From: Mobula birostris
Taxonomy: Eukaryota
DNA: 64,000 bases
Reading direction: 5' to 3'
Assembly: GCF_030028105.1 (NCBI RefSeq)
Contig: NC_092392.1
Location: forward strand, 30,949,119 to 31,013,118
In this document: piece by piece, positions 12,380-25,716 of the stretch
Layout of the letters: every line of letters starts with the position of its first letter
Position numbering within the stretch: the stretch's first letter is position 1
Position numbers and translations under genes: made by a program
Notes under the pieces: model-generated
What the model was told of the DNA's origin: nothing
The model's database searches: none
What the model saw: the letters and a program-made list of their open reading frames with translations, nothing else

Positions 12380-13925
12380 ATAGAGTCACAGAGCACCACA
12401 GCAGAAAAAAACAGGCCCTTCAGCCCTTCTAGTCTATGCCAAACTTTAATCTGCCTAGTCCCATCAACCAGCACGTGGTCCAAAACCCTCAACATCCCCC
12501 CCAAAAGTCCCATCCATACACTTAACCAAACTTCTCTTAAATTTTGCAGTCAAACCCATATTCACCACTTCCACTGGTAGCTTGTTCCACACTCTCACTA
12601 CCCTCTGAGAGGAGAAGTTCCCCTAAAGTTCTTTTTAAATGATTCACCTTTCACACTTAACCTATAACCTCTAGTTCTAGTCTTACACAACTTCAGTGTG
12701 GAAAAAGCCTGCTTGCATTTACCCTGTCAATTCCCTTCTTAATTTTGTAAACCTCTGTCACATTTCATCTCATTCTCTTATGTCTGAGGGAATAAAGACC
12801 ATAAGACATGGGAGCAGAATTAGGCCAGCTGGCTCATCGAGCCTGCTCCGCCATTCAGTCATGACTGATCATTTTTTTAAAATCTCCTCCTCAACCCCAG
12901 GTCCTGGCCTTCTCCCCGTAACCCTTGATGCCATGTCCAATCAAGAACCTATCAATCTCTGCCTTATATACACCCAACAACCTGGCCTCCACAGCTGCAT
13001 GTCGCAACAAATTCCATAAATTCACCACCCTTTGGCTAAAGAAATTTCTCCGCACCTCTGTTTTGAAAGGGCACCCCCTAACCTGAGGCTGTGCCCTCTT
13101 GTCCTAGACTCTCCTACCATGGGAAACATCCTTTCCACATCCACTCTGTCTAGGCCTTTCGACATTTGAAAGGTTTCAATGAGATCCCCCCTCATCTTTC
13201 TGAATTCCAGCGAGTACAGACCCAGAGCCATCAAATGTTCCTCGTATGATAACCCTTTCATTCCTGGAATTATCCTTGTGAACTTCCCCTGGACCCTCTC
13301 CACTGCCAGCACATCTTTTCTAAGATGAGGGGCCCAAAATTGTTCACAATACTCAAGGTGAGGCCTCACCAGTGCCTTATAAAACCTCAGCATCACATCC
13401 TTACTCTCGTATTCTAGACTTCTTGAAATGAATGCTAACATGGCATTTGTCTTCCTCACCACTCACTCAATCTGCAAATTAATCTTCATGGTGTTCTGCT
13501 AATCTATTCAACCCTTCCTTATAACTCAGGGCCTCAAGTCCTGGCAACATCCTTGTAACTTTTCTCTACATTCTTTCAGTCTTACTGACATCTTTCCTGT
13601 AGGTAGGTGACCTAAATCGCACACAATACTCCAAATTAGGTCTGACCAACATCTTCTACAACTTCAACGTAACATCCCAACTCTTATACTTAGTGCCTTG
13701 ATTTATGATGGCCAATGAGTCAAAAGTTCTCTTTATGACCCATTGCCACTTTCAAGGAAGTATGGACCTGTATTCCTAGAACCCTTTATTTTATCTCATT
13801 CCTCAGTGCCCTACCATTCACTGTGTAAGTCTTGCCCTGGTTTGGCCTCCCAAGGGGTAACATCTCATAATTGTCTGCATTAAATTCCATCTGCCATTTT
13901 TAGCCCAATTTTCCAGCTGGTTTAG
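12380..13925 (-). mobile_element. Nested CR1-type LINE fragments
   Basis: ORF 13022-13462 LYKALVRPHLEYC-like motif, VQGKFTRIIPGM, RMRGDL; tail taagaccataagac near 12793. Confidence 0.85.
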
Positions 13926-15689
13926 ATCCTGATTCTAGCCTTGATCGTCTGAAGAGAACAACATTATTTCCTGCATCTTAATGTTACAGGGACTGAAGCC
14001 ATTAATCTTATCCCCATTACTTGTTCCATCCTCATAGTCAGTCTCATAAGTCAAGCCGTTGACTTCATCCATCAGCTCAGGAGATAGGTGAGACTGGATC
14101 CGATTGCTCCCAAACCTTGGTGTCATATTGGACCTAAGATTGCCAGGCAGAGAGAAAATGATTCAAAGATGTGCTGAAAATTTCCTTGAAGAAATACAAC
14201 ATTGCCGCTAGTACAGAAGAAATTTATACAGGAGTGTTTGTGGTTCCCATATTTTCCTCATCAGCCGCTTTGTAATCCACAAAACTAGAGAAGAAGCATA
14301 TCACTCTCAATGCTCAGGGACTGCTCAAGGTGGAAGGAAACTTATTTCTACACAAGGAGACCATTTAGCCCCCAATAGAGGAATCACACCAATTTCTTTC
14401 CTCTTTTTTTTGTGTTTACTCCACAGCTTTCAAGATTTATTTATTTATTTACACATTTTTTATTTTTTATAGCTTTCAAGTTGCTTTCTATTCACCATTT
14501 ACTCCCCTTTGATTTTTGTTTTGCCATTTACTGACACTAAGAATTTATAGTGCTGGAATATATCTGAGGATGTATCTGAGACCCAACATATTGATGCAGC
14601 TACAAAGAAGGCATGACAGCACCTACATTTCATTGGAAGTTTGGGGAGATTTGGAATGTCACTTGCAGATTTCTACAGATGTACCATGGGGAACATTGTA
14701 ACTGACTGCATCACTGTCTGGTATAAGGGGCTTCCTCGCAGGATCAGAATGAGCTGCAGAGATTTGTAAACTTATTGGGCACTATCTTCCATAGTATCCA
14801 GGCCACCTTCAAGGAGTGATGCCTCAAAAAGGCAGCATCCACCTTAAGGACCCTCATCACCTTGTTCTCATGCTACCATCAAGGAGGAAGAACTGGAGCC
14901 TGAAGGCAAACACCCAACGATTCAGGAACAGCTTCTTCCCTTCTGCCATCAGATTTCAGAATGGACATTGAACCCATGAACACTACCTCACTACTTTATT
15001 TTTATTTTTGCACTACTTTGTTAATTTAATTATATATATAATTACTGCTGCTGCTAGGTTGACAAATTTCACGACACATGCCAGTGATAATAAGCCTGAT
15101 TCTGATTTTGCCATTTTCCCCTATTATTATGTACTTCATTGTACTGCTGCAGCAAAGACAACAAATTTCATGACATATGCTAACGATATTAACCGTGATC
15201 CTGATTCTGGATTAACTCACCTGTATTTTATGGGGAACTGGGAGGAAACGAGAGCACCCAACCCATGAGGTCATGGGGAGGATGAGCAAATTCCACACAG
15301 CAACAAAGATCAGGAACAAATTCAAGCCCTTGGTGCTGTGAGGCACCTAACATTAAGATTCAGCAAGACAGATAAGGGTGAAGTGGGCTGGTGTCTACTT
15401 AAGAATGAAGTGTGAATACTTTAAATATTTATAAAGGACAATCAGACTGACCTCTATTTTCCATTTCTTTTAATTGGAAAGGGAGTCAGAGATGATTTGT
15501 GTCTTTGGATCTGGCGTCTGAGAGCCAGAGCTGGCACTGAGGAGTTTAATGATCAATTATTAAAATATCAGAATCAGAATTAGGTTTATTATCACCGGCA
15601 TGTGTCCTGAAATTTGTTAACTTAGCAGCAGCAGTTCAATGCAATACATAATATAGAAGAAAAAAAGTAAGATCAATTACAGTGTACGT

Positions 15690-15880
15690 AACACACATCA
15701 AAGTTGCTGGTGAATGCAGCAGGCCAGGCAGCATCTCTAGGAAGAGGTACAGTCCACGTTTCGGGTCTCAGCCCAAAACGTCGACTGTACCTCTTCCTAG
15801 AGATGCTGTCTGGCCTACTGCATTAACCAGCAACTTTGATGTGTGTTGCTTGAATTTCCAGCATCTGCAGAATTCCTCGT
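15690..15880. repeat. Fold-back Penelope-terminus element
   Basis: aacacacatcaaagttgctggtgaatgcagcaggcc... is inverted as ...ccagcaactttgatgtgtgtt. Confidence 0.75.
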
Positions 15881-17531
15881 GTTTACAGTGTATGTATATT
15901 GAATAGATTAAAAATAGTGCAAAACAGAAATAATATATATTAAAATAGTGAGGAAGTGTTCATGCGTTCATTGTCCATTTAGGAATCGGATGGCAGAGGG
16001 GAAGAAGCTGTTCCTGAATTGCTGAGTGTGTGCCTTCAGGTTTCTGTACCTCCTACCCGAGGGTAACAGTGAGCAAAGAGCATGGCCTGGGTGCTGGGGT
16101 CCTTAATAATGGACGCTGCCTTTCTGAGACACCGCTCCCTAAAAGTGTCCTGGGTACTTTGTAGGCTAGTACCGAAGATGGAGCTGACTAAATTTACAAC
16201 CCTCTGCAGCTTCTTTCAGTTGTGTGCAGTAGCCCCCTCCCCCAAACCAGACAGTGAAACAGCCTGTCAGAATGCTCTCCACAGTACATCTATAGATGTT
16301 TTGAGTGTTATTTTTATTGATAAATATATTGGGACAGGGAGTATAATATTTTATTATAAAATATAAAAAACATTTTTATAATATAGTCTGTAACTATAGT
16401 TAATACAGTATTAGGCAATAGTCTTAGGCACATATATATAGCTAGGGTACCTAAGACTTTTGCACAGTACTGTATTTGTCAACGTGGAGCAGGGAGCAAG
16501 TTTGTAAATCTGGCGAGAGCAAAGGATGTTGGGAATGGGAAGGACTGAACCCTGAGGGAGGGTGAGGGAAAGGTGGCAGTGAAGGAGTGCCAAGGGTGGG
16601 CAGTGGAGAGGGGGAGGCACACCTAGCCTTGTGACACCAGGCAAGGTCATTTGATTCCAAACAATTGGTTTATTGATCATTACAGAATGTGCCTCTGGTG
16701 CTTCCCACTCCCTCCCCTTTCCCTTCCCCTTTTCCCAACCATGATTCTCCTTTCCCTGCCCCCTTCCCAGTCATAGTCCACAATAGAGACCCATATCAGA
16801 ATCAGGTGTATCATCATTCACATATGTCAAGAAATTTGTTTTTTTTCTGTGGTAGCAGTAAAGTGCAATACACAAAATTACTACAGTACTGTGTAAACAT
16901 CTTAGGCTCCACAGCTATGTATATGTGTCTAAGACTTTTGCACAGTACTGTAAAGGTTACAGTATATTAATTTAAAAATTTAAGGATTATAATCATTAAC
17001 ATATCATGAATTTCAGGGTATTTCACAATTATATTATCATAGATTTGAAAATAATATTAGCATAATTTTAAAATTATATTAACATTATATGAAAAAATTC
17101 CAGCTGTGCAGCAACAAAGGCTATGTGCATAGGAGCATTTCAGCTACTGTCCAGTCATGCACTCGTGCAGCTCAGAAGGAGGTAGCTTTCTTTTCACCAC
17201 TCAGTTCTTCAACCAACCTGCATAACCTGAAGGACTGCATCAGTATAGCAACTCTATGAACATTCTGATGATCACTTTGTGCTATAATGGACTTTTTGTT
17301 CTAATTGTGTTTTTTTTCTTATAATGTTTGGATAATTTACGTTCAACTGGATAAATTATGTTTTATGTTCTTCTTGTGAATGCTACTTACACAATGTTAT
17401 GTGCCTGTGACTTACTACAAGTAAGATTTTCATTGCAACCTTTAGACCCCACTTGGAGTACTGTGCTCAGTTCCGGTCATCTCATTACAGGAAGCATGTG
17501 GAGACTATAGAGACAGTGCAGAGGAGATTTA

Positions 17532-18046
17532 CGAGGGGTGATTCATAAGTTTGTGGCCTAAGGTAGAAGGAGCCAATTTTAGAAAACCTAGCACATTTAT
17601 TTTTCAACATAGTCCCCTCCTACATTTACACACTTAGTCCAGCAGTCGTGGAGCATACGGATCCGTTCTTTGTAGAAGTCGGCGTCTTGGACCTCCAGAA
17701 AGTGGTCCACAGCAAGGGTGATTGATATGTTCGTGGTCTAAGGTAGAAGGAGATGAGTTATTAACTTCAAACTTTCTGCAAAATCACTCAAAGAGTTGAC
17801 CTGCATGTAACAACGTATAACTCATCTCCTTCTACGTTAGGCCACGAACATATCAATCACCCCTGCTGTGGAACACTTTCTGGAGGTCCCAGATGCCGAC
17901 TTCTATAAAGAAGGGAACCGTATGCTCCACAACTGCTGGACTAAGTGTGTACATGCAGGAGGGGACTATGTTGAAAAATAAATGTGCTAGGTTTTCTAAA
18001 ATTGACTCCTTCTACCTTGGGCCACGAACTTATCAATCACCCCTCA
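17532..18046. mobile_element. Mariner-type MITE, largely palindromic, TA TSD, inserted in a CR1
   Basis: ta|cgaggggtgattcataagtttgtggcctaaggtagaagg ... ccttctaccttgggccacgaacttatcaatcacccctca|ta; CR1 sequence continues across it. Confidence 0.8.
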
Positions 18047-18973
18047 TACAAGGATGTTGCCTGGATTGGAGAGCATGCCTTATGAAAGTAGGTTGAGTAA
18101 ACTTGGTCTTTTCTCCTTGGAGCGAAGGAGGATGAGAGGTGACCTGATAGAGATGTACAAGATGATGAGAGGCATGGATCGTGTGGATAGTCAGAGGCTT
18201 TTCCCCAGGGCTGAAATGGCTAACATGAGGGGGCATAGTTTTAAGGTGCTTGGAAGTAGGTACAAGGGGGACGTTAGAGGCAAGTTTTACCACACAGAGA
18301 GTGGTGGATGCATGGAATGCACTGCCAGCGAAGGTGGTAGAGGTGAATACAATAGGGTCTTTTAAGAGACTCTTAGATAGTTACATGGAGCTTAGAAAAA
18401 TAGAGGGCTACATGGTGGGTTAATTCTAGGCATCTTCTAGAGTAGGTTACATGGTCATTGTGGGCTGAAGGGCTTGTAATATGCTGTAGATTTCCTATAT
18501 TTTATGTTCCATCACTAAGTACCCCCATCACCCAGGCCTTGCCCTCTTCTCATTGCTACCATCAGGGAGGAGGTACAAGAGCCTGAAGGCTCACACTCAA
18601 CGATTCAGGAATAGGTTCTTCCCCTCTGCCATCCGATTTCTGAATGGACATCGAACCCAAACACTACCTCACTACTTTTTTAATTTCTATTTTGCAGTGC
18701 TTATTTAACTAACTATATACATATATACCTATTGTATTTCAGTTTTTTCTATTATTATGTATTACATCGTACTGCTGCCATAAAAACAACAAATTTCATG
18801 ACATATGCCGGTGATATTAAACCTGATTCAGATTCTTAAGTAACACACATCAAAGTTGCTGCCTGGCCCGCTGCGTTCACCAGCAACTTTGATGTGTGTT
18901 GCTTGAATTTCCAGCATCTGCAGAATTCCTGTTGTTTTCAGATTCTTTAAGTGTTAGCTTCATGACAACTTTC

Positions 18974-19007
<34 letters not shown>

Positions 19008-19701
19008 AAAGTTCATTTATTTTGGATTACTCCATTTCCTTGCATTTATTTTATCAGGCACTGTGCAAATTTCACAAAATTACAAATGCCACGGCATTTG
19101 TCTGTGATTATAAACTTGATTCCGATACCAGGGCGCGGATGACCGCAGGAAGGCCGGCCAAGTATGCCTGGAAAATTGAAGTCTGCATATAGCTCACTTA
19201 TCACAGAAAACATCAATTCATATTTAACGAGTTTGATTTTCTGACTGTGTAAACTTGCTGCTCGAACTGCAGACGTTAGAGTCAGAAACTCGTCTCCAGT
19301 GAAATGCTTGCATTCAAGATACGAGACGGGAGACAGTCAGCCTCGTCAGAAACCTTCTTTGTTTTCTTTCTCACTTCGTCGTTTGTCAAAATACCATAGA
19401 AACAAAGGAGTTTCAGGAGTCTGTCTGTCTATCTATTGAAAATTAACGCCAGTGCAGTTTCTTAAATTGATTCTATCTTTACTAGGGTTGTTAAAGATGT
19501 TTCTTAATTGATATTTAATGTTAATAAACGGAGGCACCTTGCGACAAAGAACGTTAACTAGATACAGTCTAATGACCCATTTGCCGATGACTCCGTGCCG
19601 ATTGAAGAAAGTGTTTACAACTCTTGACTGGTCAATAGAAATTAAGGCTTATCTCAGATACTTTTGTTGGGCACTGATAGCAGATGGAATAGTTCGCAAG
19701 A

Positions 19702-19709
19702 TATATAAA
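19702..19709 (+). promoter_or_regulatory. TATA box of szl
   Basis: TATATAAA about 50 nt upstream of the ATG at 19760. Confidence 0.6.
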
Positions 19710-19759
19710 TACAGCAACAAGAACAGAATAGTTTACAGCTGTCATTGCATCCTGTAGGA

Positions 19760-20052
19760 ATGTCTCGTCGTATACGGAGATATCTCTTCTCACTGCTCTG
19801 TACCCTGCAGGCGGTGCTAATCAATTGCTTCGATATCGGAATATCGACCAAGTGTGTGGCCGTGCCTAAAGAAATGAGACTGTGCCAGAATGTCGGATAC
19901 TCAGAAATGAGGCTTCCAAATTTGCTGGGCCACAAAACCCTAAATGAGGTTATTTCGAAGTCCGCGAAATGGGAGTCTCTGATTCGGACAGGATGTCATT
20001 CGCAGGCGGGAACGTTTCTCTGTTCCTTGTTTGCTCCAGTTTGCTTGGATAC
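19760..20052 (+). CDS. szl: Sizzled (sFRP family tolloid inhibitor) exon 1
   Basis: Signal peptide, then FDIGISTKCVAVPKEMRLCQNVGYSEMRLPNLLGH...FLCSLFAPVCLDT, matching recalled Xenopus Sizzled (FDIGLSTKC); donor gtgagt at 20053. Confidence 0.92.
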
Positions 20053-20494
20053 GTGAGTATTTTGCGGCTAGCGTTGATTACCTTGTCCAGTTAGTCAAGA
20101 GTTCAAAGTGAACTTATTTAAAAAGTATATATGTCACCATAGACAACCCTGAGATCTATTTTCTTGTAGGCATTCACAGCAAATACTAGAAACATAATAG
20201 ATACAATGACGAGAAAATATGCAGATGCTGGAAATCCAAGCAACACAGACATGCTGGAGGAACTGCTGAGTTCCTCCAACATTTTGTGTAACAGTAGAAT
20301 CATTGAAAGGCAGCACCCAGCAGAACACACAAACAATGTACAACAAGAAGCCGTGCAAATGTAAGTAATAATAAGTACATCAGCAATAAATATCGATAAC
20401 ACGAGGCCTTTAAAGTTACTTAGGATAATATGCTTGCGATTTATGAATGTGTAATAGTTGGGAGCATTAGAAAGTCTCATTACATTTGTTGCAG

Positions 20495-20664
20495 CTTCAT
20501 CCAGCCGTGCAGGAGTATGTGTGTGGCTGTTCGGGACAGTTGTAGTCCGGTCCTTGCTTGCCTCGGTCTTTCTTGGCCTGACGCCCTTTCCTGCGATCGA
20601 TTCCCAGCCGATGAAGACACCTGTTTAACATCGACCAGTGCAGAATCCACCGACTACCGAAAAC
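20495..20664 (+). CDS. szl: Sizzled exon 2 (end of CRD)
   Basis: gcag acceptor; FIQPCRSMCVAVRDSCSPVLACLGLSWPDALSCDRFPADEDTCL; donor gtaaga. Confidence 0.92.
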
Positions 20665-20804
20665 GTAAGAATCACGGGCGCGATAAGAGAGCTTTCACGA
20701 TGACGTCGTTACATCTCGTTTTTAAATACTAGCTAAAACGACAGCTTATTATAAGAGACATAACTTAAAAATAAAGTAGTTGTATTACTGTGTTTGCTGT
20801 TTAG

Positions 20805-20897
20805 TTTTCCCGAAGCCTATCTGCCAGGGTTGCCCGAATACAGAGGAACCGGGGGCGCACAGAACAGTTTTGCAGACATTGTGTCAAAACAACTTTG
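20805..20897 (+). CDS. szl: Sizzled exon 3 (start of NTR domain)
   Basis: ttag acceptor; LFPKPICQGCPNTEEPGAHRTVLQTLCQNNF; donor gtaaga; phases consistent. Confidence 0.9.
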
Positions 20898-21067
20898 GTA
20901 AGATTTTTGTTTCGTTTTTTCTATGACAAATAAATAGCACATAAAACTGGGCAGTAGAAATTCAACCACTTGTATAAAAAATGTGCTTTTGGCTTAGTCC
21001 TTTGATTTGTGTGTCATATATGTCTATCTGAACAGTAGATGATGGTGCCTTATTTCTTCGTCCGCAG

Positions 21068-21375
21068 CTGTGAAGGTTACACTGACCAAACGGAGAAATG
21101 TTTCGGATGATTCCGAGTATAACTTGGCGGGACGGGTGGAAATAATCAGCCTTGGTTCATTGTTTCCCTTCGGAACTCGTACCGTTATTCAGCAATGGCT
21201 TCTCGTCAACGCAAACTGTGTGCAGAAAATGACCCGCAACGACCGAGCCGTGCAGTATGTCCTCATTGGGGACGTTCAGGACTCCAATATAATAGTAAAT
21301 AAAATCTACTTGTGGCACAAGAAAAACACTCAATTGACCCTTGCCGCTCGGAAATGGAAACAACATAAATGTTAA
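21068..21375 (+). CDS. szl: Sizzled exon 4 (NTR domain, stop)
   Basis: gcag acceptor; AVKVTL...IQQWLLVNANC...QLTLAARKWKQHKC*; total CDS 864 nt (287 aa). Confidence 0.92.
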
Positions 21376-22289
21376 ACTGATATTGTAACAGTACTTGTGG
21401 ATACATTATTGCACTCTTTTAATATACTTTAACTATTGTAAATATAAATTCATGTAAAATAATATACACGTAAACGCGCGGGTTAACGGTAGCTGGACAG
21501 TATGTCCTGATTAATAGTGTGTAACTTTGTTGTTGTACATAAATACAAACTCAACAACAGTTTTGATTTTTTTCTTTAATTTTAATGACATTGCCAATTC
21601 TGACTTAATTAATTTGAAATCAGTAAAATAGGACAAATACCAAATGAATATAAAAATCCAACACTTGCTATCCAGATGCTACTCTATTCCTGGATCAGGT
21701 TTGCAAAATTAATATTTACCCTTCAGGCTGATTGTTGGAATGAATTTTGGGACTACCCAACTTTATTTACATGGTGAATGGAGCTAAACTCAACAATCTG
21801 CATTTCATAAAGCACATTTAACATTAAGACGATTTGAAAGAGAGGTATCAAACACAAATTCAGACATAGACTTGTGCAAGGAGGCATTTAGGGCCGACAA
21901 TCTATAGTTTAGTCAAAGACAAATTATCTGAAACTCTGCTGGCTGCTATGTACTATCAAGTTTGTAGAGGGAGGTAGGCAAGGTGTTCATTGGAAAACTG
22001 GCACAGAAGTACTTGTTCAGGTGAAGGGTTTTAACCTGAAACATCTGTCCATTCCCTCCAATAGATGCTGCCTGAACTGAGTTCCTGGAGTTTTTTGTGT
22101 GTTGCTCCAGATTCCAACATCTGCAGGCATTCGTATCTCTTTTAAAAAAAATGATCATTCTTGCTCAAGTCTTGTTGGTTCTGTTCATCCAGTTTGTGAC
22201 AGTAAGTATTTCAGTAGCCTTGACCATTATGAAATCTTGGTAGTGCTTTTGTCCATTTGCCCATGGCAATACTGCAGAAAAGCTTACAC

Positions 22290-22680
22290 ATCATCTTATG
22301 CCGTGTCATATGATGTGGGCGATCATGGTCTTCCATCTGCCTTTAATCTGAGAAGTTCTAATAAGTTTTTTGAAACTTTTGCTTTGATGTAACTCATAAA
22401 TGTCATGCACTTTCGACAACTTTTTCTTCCATCATTTTTTCTCGTCACTGCAAGATGATTGAGTTTCTCTTTCCTCAGTACATGTCCCAGAAATTCCAGT
22501 TGCCACTTCCTGATTGATGATTTCAGCTCTCTTTTTATTCCGGCTTTTTGCAACACTTCCTCATTTGTTACTCTGCCCTTCCATGATATTTTCATCATTC
22601 TCAAAAACCCTCATTTCTACAGCTTTGAGTCTTCCCTCAATTTGCAGCCTACACATGCAATTAGTAATTTATACCAGATC
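22290..22680 (-). mobile_element. Degraded RTE-clade LINE 3' fragment
   Basis: RMMKISWKGRVTNEEVLQKAG...QLEFLGHVLRKE resembles the RTE RT C-terminus. Confidence 0.7.
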
Positions 22681-23230
22681 TTTAGTTTGTATGATAAAAT
22701 GACAATTTTAATAATAAATGGAGAAATGCATAAAAACTTAAGGACTAAAGTCTTTAGGTTAGTCATTAAACAAATATAGCGTGTCATTTAATCTTCATTA
22801 GATATTGATTAATTCTGTATAAGGACACAATCATTAGAATAGTTCTATAGGTCATGATTGTATAGATGATGCTTTGATATTATGAACAATGCAAATGAAG
22901 ATAATTTGTATTCTGGCATCCTTCCCTTTCCTTTTCAGTCCAGATGAAGGGTCACAGCCCAAAACATCGACTGCTTATTCATTTCCATAGATGCTGTCTG
23001 ACCTGCTGAGTTCCTCCAGCATTTTGTGTGTGTTGCCGAAGAAAATCATCTTTACTTTTGTATATCAATTAATCTTTACAATTTAAGGACAAGAATGAAT
23101 GCCAAAACAAAACTCTCCAGCGAAGACAGGGCTGTCAAAATAATGATGTTGATGAGGTTTCAAAAAATCTTGAATCTCCACATTCTGTGTTCTTTCATTC
23201 CAGGTGAAATTTAAAATCTGGCTCAACTGT

Positions 23231-23238
23231 TTAATATA
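23231..23238 (-). CDS. HDAC10: HDAC10 candidate terminal coding exon (adds V-Y-stop; 678-aa protein)
   Basis: Strong acceptor tttttctttttcttaaatgcag at 23239-23240; phase fits; protein length close to known HDAC10s. Confidence 0.4.
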
Positions 23239-23879
23239 CTGCATTTAAGAAAAAGAAAAAAAATACAATGACACTATGCAATTTAAACTTAATCAGCAAT
23301 TGAAGTTACACACCATTATTAGTTTGGATATAAAAAATATAATATTGCAACTGTTGGGCTTTCTCCAAATGATCAGATTCCTTCTTTCCTAGCCCTTTAC
23401 CTTTCCAACCATTTGGCTTCACCAATCGCCATCTAGCTAGTCTCCTTGCTCTCCCCACTTTTTATTCTGGCATTTTCCTCCTTCCTTCTCAGTCTTGAAG
23501 GAGGGTCTTAGCCTGAAATGTCAACTGCTGCCTGACCTGCTGAGACCCTCCAGTGTTTTGTGTGTGTTGCACTAAATAATGAGTTATTCAGTAAGCCAGA
23601 TCTACCGGTTACAGTACACTGATGCACACTTGCACAGTTTCTGCCTTGCAATAGCAGAGATGCAGGTTCAATCTTGACCTTAGGTGCTGTCTACACGGCA
23701 AGTGCATGTTTTCTTTGTGACTGCATGGGTTTTCCCAGAATGCCCCAACTTCCTACCATATTCTAGACTTGTGAATCACAAGGTTAAATGGTCACTGTAA
23801 AATTTCCCTAGCTTCTAGTAATAAAATCTTGGGAAAGCAGATGATAATGTGACAAAACTAACTAAAATTTATGCTAATA

Positions 23880-25020
23880 ATAGTGGTTGATATCATTTAC
23901 TTGGACTTTCAGAAGGCTTTTGACAAGATACCCCACAAGAGTTTAATAATCAAATTACAAGATTCAGGGTAAGGTGTGCGAATGGGTGCAGAATTTGCTC
24001 AAAAACAGAAAATGAGTCATAGTGAGAGGATCATTTCCACACCTAGAAAATGTTAAAAGTGGGGTTCTGCAGGGATGGGTTTTGGGGTTGCTGCTGTTTT
24101 TAATTTACATTAATGATTTAGATAAGCACATAACAAATAAACTAGTAAAATTTGCCACTGACACAAAATTAGGGGGATGGGCTGATAACATTCAGGCAGC
24201 AGAATCAATACAGTTAGATCTAAACAAATCCAGATTTGGGCAGATAAATGGCAATGGAAATTAATGTAAGTACATGTAAATTATTACATATAGGAAGTAG
24301 AAATATTAGATATAAACATACAATGGGGGGGTCTTGAGTTAAAAAGTGCACTGTACCAGAAGGATTTGGGCATCCCAGTAGACCTATCACTATCAACATC
24401 TAGACAATGCACAGAAGTGATTAGGAAGGATAATAGAATTTCAGTCTGTATAATGTGCTCATTAGAATTCAAGTCAAGAGACATTTTCCTTAAGCTGTTT
24501 AATGTGCTTGTGAGGCCACACCTTGAATACTGTTTACAATTTCAGTCTCCATATTGTGTGAGAGATGTGAAGGCACTGGAGAGAGTGCAGAGAAAGGTGA
24601 CTAGACTCATTCCAGGTCTGCAGGCTATGAATTATAAAGAAAGACTGAAACAATTAAATCTTTTTTAGTTTAAGTAGTAGAATGAGAGGAGACATGATAG
24701 AAGTGTTCAAAATCATTAAGAGTATAAGTAAAGTGGATGCTAGCTGCTACTTCAAAAGTAATCCATCAACAAGGCCACGGGGCCTAGGACGAGACTGGTT
24801 AAGGGGGTATCTCAGACTAACATCAGGAAGCATTTCTTTACACAGTGATTTGTGGACACATGGAACAAAGTACCTAGTTGTGTAGTTGAGAGTAGTACCT
24901 TAGAGACTTCCAAGTCTAAACTCGATAGTAATTTCAACATACTATGTGAATAGGAATTTGGCAAGGTTTGTTGGGCTGAATGGCCTGTTCTTGTCAAAAG
25001 CTTTCTACTGTTTTAATGTT
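23880..25020 (+). mobile_element. CR1-type LINE RT remnant
   Basis: YLDFQKAFDK, SGVLQGWVLG, FLIYINDL and LVRPHLEYC motifs with frameshifts. Confidence 0.85.
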
Positions 25021-25716
25021 CTAAAAAGTAAAAATAGGATTAATGTGGTATCTGTATGAGTGGGTGGTTGATGTTCAGTGAGGATTCAATTGGCCAAAGG
25101 ACCTATTCTCATGCCATATCTCACAATGATTCTATAACTAAGAAGACCGCAGTTTCCTTTGTGCCCCCATTCGGATAACCTTAGAGCTACTGCCTGATTT
25201 CCAATGAGGCAGATCCCAACACATTATTGAGAAAATGAAGGCAATGATAATATCTGTAATGGTTACATATGGCTTACTCTGTACACGCAGTTGAAACAAC
25301 GGACTGAAGATTATGCAAAAATATGTTCAGGTGCTAGAGTAGTGCAGGTGGCAATGCATCTCTACCAAAGGAGGTGTAATGTGTTTCTTCCTTCCACTAG
25401 CTTGCAGTCACCCTTGGGCAAAGTGTAGCACCTGCTTAGCCTCCCCTACCCCCAATCAGGGCCACGTAAAGCCATGGGAGCAGGTGGTGAATGGTCGTAT
25501 GAGCAGCTGGTGCATATCACACATCCTGGTTATGTGACCACTGATGCCAGGCAGACAATCTCTGAAGAGTATTGATAATGGCTGAGATCACCCGTCCACT
25601 GCCCAGAAGAAAGCAGTGGCAAACCAGTTATGTGGAAAAATTTGCCAAGAACAATCATGGTCATGGAAAGACGATGTTTGACCAAGTCATACAACTGATG
25701 ATGATGATGCTAGAAT

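Noticed and set aside
13935-14135. 63-aa ORF that looked like a possible exon
   Set aside because: The opposite strand has aaccttggtgtcatattggac (NLGVILD), typical of an old L2 RT remnant.
18977-19003. (AT)n microsatellite, and (TG)n near 8816 and (AG)n near 30410-30495
   Set aside because: Ordinary simple repeats.
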